Shown: piece after piece, positions 55,716 to 64,000 of the stretch
How the letters are laid out: every line of letters begins with the position of its first letter
Numbering within the stretch: position 1 is the stretch's first letter
From: Eledone cirrhosa
Lineage: Eukaryota
Assembly (NCBI GenBank): GCA_964016885.1
Contig: OZ024742.1
Coordinates: forward strand, 152,706,001 to 152,770,000
DNA: 64,000 nucleotides
Direction of reading: 5' to 3'
Made by a program: the position numbers and the translations under genes
The notes under the pieces: model-generated
The model's database searches: none
The model's input: the letters and a program-made list of their open reading frames with translations, nothing else
What the model was told of the DNA's origin: nothing

Positions 55716-56196
55716 AATGTAGAGAATAATAATAATAATAATTTTAATAATGTCCGTTTACAATTGTTTCGCTACTCCATATAATGTTTCTGGATCAAAT
55801 GATTATAGATCATTATTGATCTGGTTCAGTTGAAGATAATTAACTTAGGTAAAATTAGAGCAGCTCATCGGAAGTTAAAAAAGAATATAAATTAAAATAA
55901 AGAAAGAATGTTACATGAATGTAATATTCCGTATATCGGTATATCACTATGGTGTCCTGGGTATATCTATATATGGAACATTACATTCATGTAACATTCA
56001 TACTTTATTTTAATTTATATTCCTTTTGAAGTTCCGATGAGCTGCTCTAATTTTACTTAAGTTAATTATCTTCAACTGAACCATATCAATAATGATCTAT
56101 AATCATTTGATAAAGAAACATTATATGGAGTAGAGAAACAATTGTAAACGGACATTATTAATATTATTATTTTTATTATTATTATTCTCTACATTC
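55716..56196. mobile_element. Foldback element with ~210 bp arms and hammerhead-like motifs (55756..55875 -, 56031..56149 +), family E
   Basis: CCGATGA-gctgctct...ggagtagc-GAAA-caattg-TA; about 80 nt inserted in loop II. Confidence 0.7.
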
Positions 56197-56324
56197 TATT
56201 GATGCATTGAATTAAATTATTTTAGCTTATTGCGGCTCAGTGTTACTCCAAATTTATAGAATAGGGTGATTCTGCTGAGAGAATTTACAGCGGTTTATTA
56301 TCCGTAAGTCTTGGGACACACTTG

Positions 56325-56446
56325 ATATTCTGATTTCAAATCCCGCCGAGGTTAACTTTGCCTTTCCTCCTTACGGGGTCGATAAAATAAAGTACGAGTA
56401 ATACACTGGTTCATTTGCTGGCCTTGTGCCTAACGTAGAAACAATT
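56325..56446 (+). mobile_element. SINE 3' portion with a Nin-like core
   Basis: ttcaaatcccgccgaggttaactttgcc...ggggtcgataaaataaagtac. Confidence 0.75.
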
Positions 56447-56502
56447 GTATATATATATATATATTATATATATATATATATTATATTATATATATATATT
56501 AT

Positions 56503-56533
<31 letters not shown>

Positions 56534-56554
56534 TATATTATATATATATATTAT

Positions 56555-56585
<31 letters not shown>

Positions 56586-56794
56586 TATATGTATATATAT
56601 ATTATATATATATATATTATGTATATATATATATTATATGTATATATATATTTTATATATATATTATGTATATATATATTATATATATATACATTATATA
56701 TATATATATATACATTATATATATATATATATATATTATATATTATTTATATATTATATATATTATATATATATTACACATATTTATTTATATA

Positions 56795-57967
56795 TATGGC
56801 CTATATTACCCTTACCATAAAAACAATGAGAATCTTAATTATGTTAACTTTAAATCTAACCATCCTACCAATATCAAGAATGCTATAGTTAATAATATTG
56901 GAAATAGAATATCTAACATATCTTCTAATAAAAACATCTTTGATGCTAACGCCAATTACTATAATAACGCACTTTCTAAAGCCGGCTATCCAGATAAAAT
57001 CAAATATAATAAAGAAACAAATTCTAGGAAAACTTACAGTAGAATAATTAATCATAACCATTCCAATAATTTTAATAAAAGACCTAGATACAAAAACATA
57101 ATCTGGTATAATGCTCCTTTCTCCATCTCTATTAATAACAATATTCCTAAATTATTTTTTAGTGCCTTAAATAAATGCTTCCCTCCCTCACATATCTATA
57201 GTAAAATATTTAACAAACACACCATCAAATTTTCGTATTCTACATCCTCCAATATTTCCAACATCATCTCTAAACACAACAACAAAATATTAAATACTAA
57301 ATCTCTTCCTTCCAATATTGAATTTCATAATAACAGTAATAGTACTCCCGACGTCATTGTAAACCCTAGGCTAACTTCTGTAAACCCAAATACAACGTCA
57401 AACACAACTTCGCTAAATGTTCATAATCCAACTCTAAATCAAGAAACTATTATTCCTATTATTCCTATCGCAAACAACTTCTCCAATCCAATTCCTTCTA
57501 TAGATAACACTAGATCACTCATTAATAATCTCTCTAATTGCAACTGCCGCATTAAAAATAAATGTCCTCTCAACAACCATTGCCTCGATAAAAACTTAAT
57601 TTATGAATGTAAAATTATAACTAGCACCAATTCCTTCACCTATTTTGGCTCCACTTCCACCTCTTTTAAAGCTCGTCTCTATAATCATCATTCATCTTTC
57701 AAATACAAACTTAAAAGAACTAACACTGCTCTCTCAGAACTCATATGGTCCTTAAAAGACAAAAACATTAAATATAGCATCTTTTGGAAAAAGATTTCTT
57801 CTGCATCCTCATACTTGAACAGCTCTCTATCTAAAATCTGTAATCTCTGCCTAAATGAAAAATTTACCATTATCTCTAACCTAGAATCCATAATAAATAG
57901 ACGCTCAGATTTGTTTTCTATCTGCCTGCATAAATTCCATAGAACTTTTCACAAAGTATACAGTTAA
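56795..57967 (+). CDS. PLE polyprotein C-terminal ~390 aa (RT thumb + GIY-YIG endonuclease); no real start codon
   Basis: YYPYHK...SNHP...RISNISS...IIWYNAPF...NCNCRIKNKCPL...LIYEC...YFGST...R..NH...CNLCLNEK. Confidence 0.85.
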   Translation, partial: YGLYYPYHKNNENLNYVNFKSNHPTNIKNAIVNNIGNRISNISSNKNIFDANANYYNNALSKAGYPDKIKYNKETNSRKTYSRIINHNHSNNFNKRPRYKNIIWYNAPFSISINNNIPKLFFSALNKCFPPSHIYSKIFNKHTIKFSYSTSSNISNIISKHNNKILNTKSLPSNIEFHNNSNSTPDVIVNPRLTSVNPNTTSNTTSLNVHNPTLNQETIIPIIPIANNFSNPIPSIDNTRSLINNLSNCNCRIKNKCPLNNHCLDKNLIYECKIITSTNSFTYFGSTSTSFKARLYNHHSSFKYKLKRTNTALSELIWSLKDKNIKYSIFWKKISSASSYLNSSLSKICNLCLNEKFTIISNLESIINRRSDLFSICLHKFHRTFHKVYS

Positions 57968-58946
57968 TATTCAATTCTTTATCAATTTAGAATCTTTTCT
58001 CAAAGGCACATATACATACACCTCTTTAAAATATACCCATCTACCCTACTTTAAAGGGCATTATACACTCTATAATACCCGTTTACTCATTACCCTCATT
58101 CTATCTTCTCGTAAAACAATAACATTTGTTTTTGACATTTTGAATATTCATCCGCAATCATTATTATTTTTTCTCTCTATCATAAATCTTTTTAATCTCA
58201 ATTTCATCCTTAATTTATTATTATTTTTTTCTCCCCATCAACGAACTCATTATTAATACATATGAATTCAATATACAAACTTTAACTTCACATTATTTTT
58301 CTCAAATCCTTCTACACATAAACCTTAACATTTCTCTCTTTGCTAATTTTGAAATTGCCACAATACATGCATTTCTTCTTTTGACGTTAGAATATTCACC
58401 CACAATTATTATTTTTTTCTCTCTATCTTCATACATAATTTCCCTTCGTTAATTTTTAAATTCCTTTAATTTATACATTATCTTCCAACGGTTCCCAACC
58501 TCTCTATATTAAAACAATATATCTTTTTCTCAGTTATAAAAACTATCTATTTCTCTCTATCACCCATCTCTCCCTCTCCACCTTCACTCTCATCTCCTCC
58601 CCCTTTTTTTCATCCTTTCCACCCCCCCCCCTCCCTAAATAAAATATTTTTTCCTCGCACATATCCCCCCTTCGTTAATTTTCAAAATTTTTAATTTATA
58701 CAGTATCTTCCAACGGTTTTCAACCCCTCTATATAAAAAATATATCTCCTCTCAATTATAAAAACTATCTCTTTCTCTCTATCACCCATCTCTCCCTCTC
58801 ATCTCCTTCCCTTCTCATCCTCCCCCCCCTCTCTAAATAAAATATTTTTTTCCCAATATCACACATCAATCTAAAACCACTTTTCATATGTTGATTTAAA
58901 ACTGCACTATCAACAAGTGTTTTTTAGCCTTCATATCATGTTCTCC

Positions 58947-59017
58947 TGTTTTATCTGATGAAAACACAAATATTATTGCTTGATGATGTTTGTTTTTGAA
59001 ATGCGCATAATAAAATA
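58947..59017 (+). ncRNA. Type I hammerhead ribozyme, family A
   Basis: tgttttat-CTGATGA-...-GAAA-tgcgca-TA-ataaaata. Confidence 0.85.
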
Positions 59018-59081
59018 TATGGAACTCCTTTAACCATCTTTTGATCTTATATTATATATATATATATATATATATTACACA

Positions 59082-59143
<62 letters not shown>

Positions 59144-60082
59144 CACACACACATATATATAGATATTCTCAATGATAATGTCATCGACATTTTGTTCGTG
59201 CAGCGTAGTGGGATATTAACCGCCTAGATTATGTTGTAGTGTTTGCTGTTTTTCATTCCTCTTATTTTTGTTATTATATAATTCAAGTGAATTCTTGTAA
59301 TTCTCAAGTAAAATCTTTTAGTTGTGTAAATGGGCGCTTTACTGAATCTGCGAGTCACCTTGTCACAGTATATATACTCGAGTTTCGGGTAGTTGGAAAC
59401 TATGTGAAGTCGCGTTGCGGACACTTTATCTTATTCAGAGCTAGGTTTGCGCTAGATTTAAACGTGTCTATGTAATACTCAGTCACTTTCAAGCTGATTT
59501 AACGAGCTCGTAAATATTCTCTTCGAAATATTGAATACTCATTGTACAAAGCGACGGCGTGTCGCTATTAAAAAAAATATTTAAGAGTTTAAAGAGTTGG
59601 GATTGGCTGTCCCATAAAGTCTGAACTACCACTTGAGAGGATCATGCCATGCATCGTTTGACGAGGGTTGCCTTCTCTATGTGGTTAATTACCTTAATTA
59701 TTTATTGTCCCTAATTAATCGAAGGTAATTCTGAAAAAACAATCTAAATAATATGCTTAAAGCGCTACAAGCAGTGCAGACTGACATAACTGGTCAACCT
59801 GACTGGATGAATAACCAAAACGTTCCTAAATATATTTATATAGAAGCAGAGAAATGGAGTGCAGAGATTTGATAATGGAGCTTTATGTATTTCGTGCCCA
59901 TACAGCTGCTTAATGACCACATACATAGGTCAAAACAGCATCAACAGCAGATAAATCTAATATAATCATCAGCGCCATGTCTATCGTCTTTGCCGTTGAC
60001 CTCCTACTTGTCTTCTGGTAATACATGGCAATGGTTTCAGTCTCACCTTCTTCTTACCACCGCGGCCGCTGCCACTACCACC

Positions 60083-60615
<533 letters not shown>

Positions 60616-61648
60616 TTAACTTTTCATCAATAATAACAATAGAAGAAACCTTATAGGCAACAGCAACAGCAACAGCAACAACAGCCATTTTGTGACCGTA
60701 TTTTCCTAGCAACAATGGACGTAAGACATTTAATATAAATATCAGAAACAGACTTTTGATGATATATACTTCTAGAAAAAACATATTTCGATATTTTGTG
60801 ATTATAACCATCTTGAGATTCCGAAAGTATTTGATTACAATTCGAATAAACTAGTCTATTTCGTGTTTCATGTGAACACGAGATATATATTTCAACGTAA
60901 AATTAAATATATAGGAAATATTATCCGCCTTGGAAGTTCTGTTATAGAGAAAGAGGCACAGCTATTTTTCTGCAAATCAAATAAGTATTCCACGTCCCCA
61001 AAGCATACCATATATAAGGTTCAAAATGATTTGCTATATTACAAATAATGTTATCGTTCAAAATCTATATGACGTGTAATGATAGCTATGATAGCAAATG
61101 ATAAGAAATCCTGAGAAATAATGGGAAATGATAGAGAGTTTATAAATACAAAATTTTCCTCTTGAGAAATACCAAATGTTACATGAGGATTGTGAAATAT
61201 GATTTCCTGAGAGGACAAAATACCGAAAGATGTTCTCAATGATTTTTATTTCCTGATGATGGAAGCATATTATATGTCTACGTTTATCAAGCGCATACCT
61301 ACAGATATACGCACAAATACACAGTCACACAGACACGCAAACAGAAGAACAAACATACATACAGGGCAGTGTATTCTTAAGGCATACACATACCAGTGAG
61401 GTAGCGATAGTAGAGGTTGCTGAGATGTATGCTTCCAGACAACAGCACCAACACACACACACATACACACACACATATATGTATACATATGTTCATGATA
61501 TATTAATGTTTTATATACATATATATATATATAATAGTAGAACACTATCCGTAGTAGTAGAGTACAGTCCATGGGACGAGTTTGGTAGTATTGGTTCCAC
61601 AACAGTATGTTCTCGGTATGGTGAACTAACTGTTGTGGAACTACTTCT

Positions 61649-61747
<99 letters not shown>

Positions 61748-61755
61748 TATATATA

Positions 61756-61809
<54 letters not shown>

Positions 61810-61817
61810 TATATATA

Positions 61818-61853
<36 letters not shown>

Positions 61854-61861
61854 TATATATA

Positions 61862-61897
<36 letters not shown>

Positions 61898-61899
61898 TA

Positions 61900-63570
61900 T
61901 AATGGAAAATTTGAACAGGAACAAAACAGAGAGGCAGTACAATGAATGTTTATTAATTTCCCGCTCTGGAGAGTGGGGTGGTGGTGGGGAACGACGTTTC
62001 GGGCGTAAGCCCTTCCTCAGGTGAGAAGTGTGTGGGAAGAGAGTTCAAAGGGTGTGTAGGGGAGTGGTGGAGAGACATATAGCGAAAAGGGGGTGGGAGG
62101 AAACGGTGCGAATGAAATTAAAAATAAAAATAAAAATAAAGCATGATCAAAATAAACTGAAATTAAAAAGGGGTAAAATAGGTGGGGGAAAGGTGTGGGG
62201 TATGTAGGGGTGGTGGCGGGTGGAGTGGGGAGATGGAGACGGGGTTTCCGAGCGGGGAGGGCTGAAGGTGGTGTGTGTGTGTAGGTGTACGTGTGTGTGT
62301 ATATGAAAGCAAGGGTTGGGGGAAGAACGGGGTTGCATGTTCAGGAAGAGGTATGTGTGGGGTGGGGTGTAGGTCGGAGTGACTGTGTGTGTGTGGATAG
62401 AGGGGTGGGGGGAGAGGAATCCGGAGGCTGAAGGTGTAAATATGTGGTGGAAAGCACGTGTGTGTGGGGTTTAAGCGTGTTGTGGGTGTAGGTGGCGTGT
62501 GGGAGAAACATTTTTTTTGGGGGTGTGTGTGTGGCTGAGTTATATAGGTGATTCCCTAAGAGGATGTGGTTGAAATGTTGGTAAACTCCTATGATGTTAG
62601 TAGATTCCACGGTGGTCAAGTTCCACATACGAGTATTCCATGAAGAGATGGTCGGAAGAGGAGAGATGTGGGGTGCGCGCGCAACAGGAAGTGGTCAAGA
62701 AGGTGGGAGTGCTGTGTGTCTGTTTATGCTGGGAGGTGGTCAGAGGGCATAGCAGCAGCCGGGTCGAATGGTAAAGGGGCGAGGATGGGTAGGTGTGAAA
62801 GTTGGAGTGAGGAGGGTGTGTGTGTGTATTAGTAGAGGTGTTAGTGGGATGAGTGAGTGTGGAGAAAGGGTGTGGGTGGAGCGGGGAGAGAAGGGTGTGG
62901 GGGTCGATGGAGGGAGTGTGGTGTACTGGTGTGTTTGTAGTTTGATGAAGGGGGTGTTAGTGGGTGTTAGTATACGAGAGGTGGGGAAAGGGTTGAATGT
63001 AGGTGTGAGTGGGGGTTAGTGGTGGTAGGGTGTGTAGAGTTGGTGGTGTACGAGGGTGTGTGGGTACGTGTGGTGGTGTTGGGGGGTGTTAGTAATGTTA
63101 TTTGCGTGTGGGGTGGGTGGTGTAAGTGGGTGCGTGTGTTCGTGTGCTTGGTGTCAGGGGGTGTTAGTGATGTTAGTTGCGGGGTGGTGGGATGGAGGTG
63201 TGGGGGTGAGGGTTAGTGGTGATAGTAGCGTGTGTGTTTAGTGTGAGCGCGTGTATATATGTGCCGGTGGGTGTGTGCGTGTGATAAGAAGGGGGGGAGG
63301 GATGTTAGTATGTTAGTTGGGGAAGGGTGGTCGGATGAGGGGTGGAGTGGAGGTGTTAGTATTGTTAGTTGTGGGGTGGGCGGTGAAATGGAGGGGTGTG
63401 TTAGTGGTGTTAGTGGGGGATATGTATGGGGATAGGGGGCGGTCGAAGGCTAAAGGAATAAGGGTGGGGAGTTCAGGCTGGGGGGAGTGTGGGTCTGTAA
63501 GATGAAGATGGTTCTTTGTTCGACTCTGAGGAGATTGGCGGGTGTTCCGTGGCATTGGAGTAGGCGTATA
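61900..63570 (-). mobile_element. GT-rich decayed element (possibly PLE-derived) with a 3' hammerhead
   Basis: Strong strand skew between (TA)n tracts; HHR core plus AATAAA at the minus-strand 3' end. Confidence 0.45.
61989..62024 (-). ncRNA. Minimal hammerhead ribozyme, family F (weak stem I)
   Basis: Minus strand: cac-CTGAGGA-agggc(ttac)gccc-GAAA-cg-TC-gtt. Confidence 0.65.
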
Positions 63571-63895
63571 TATAAATATACATATATAAATATATATATA
63601 TAAATATATTATAAATCTATATATATATATAAAGATTGATAAAGTGGTAGTCTACCACTATATCAATTTTTTAAGCTAACTCCAACAATAACAACACTTA
63701 GAATGGGGAATGTTCTAACAACTGACCAACGAGAGGAGAAGAGGCCCTTTGACACTGAAATTCGTTTGTTTGAATTCATATGATTCCAGTTCCTCAGTGA
63801 AATAACAACCCAACCAGGAACTGGGCATATCAGAGTGTTGACAATATTATACACCTCAACAACATATGTACTTGTCTATACCACACTAATTCGGA

Positions 63896-63948
63896 CTGCC
63901 TGAAGAGGTCACAGCCAAAGATGGCTGTCACTGAAATATATATAGCAG
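63896..63948 (+). ncRNA. Type I hammerhead ribozyme, family G
   Basis: ctgc-CTGAAGA-ggtcacagcca(aaga)tggctgtcact-GAAA-tatata-TA-gcag, then AATAAA. Confidence 0.85.
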
Positions 63949-64000
63949 CAATAAACGAAGCTAAATTTTAAACATTTGACTTTTTATTTAACTTTATTTT

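Larger units (their letters stand above)
56795..59055 (+). mobile_element. 5'-truncated Penelope-like element, family A
   Basis: Uninterrupted RT-thumb/linker/GIY-YIG frame, pyrimidine-rich 3' UTR and a pLTR with a hammerhead; inserted in (TA)n. Confidence 0.92.

Overview
Very AT-rich, (TA)n-saturated eukaryotic DNA with no host gene that I can support. The SINE types and repeat content suggest a mollusc, probably an octopus or other cephalopod (inference). The window holds several Penelope-like retroelement (PLE) fragments encoding RT and/or GIY-YIG domains, a CR1-group LINE fragment, a decayed DD37D (maT) Tc1/mariner, tRNA-derived SINEs and many foldback elements. The main result is a near-homogeneous tandem array of 22 x ~470 bp (24.4-34.7 kb). 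Every unit carries a type I hammerhead ribozyme (HHR) motif, AACGGTG-CTGATGA-TAGCTAACAAGCTT-GAAA-CTAG-TA/CATCGTT, with GAAA changed to GACA in 2 units. Each unit also has a palindromic stem III, an extended stem I and an ATGCAAAT octamer. This is the architecture of a retrozyme-like or newt satellite-2-like self-cleaving, possibly circRNA-producing element. Diverged single copies nearby preserve the pairing and sit against PLE ends. At least 6-8 further, unrelated HHR families lie in PLE 3' ends and foldback elements. All motifs were read by eye; no folding program or database search was run.
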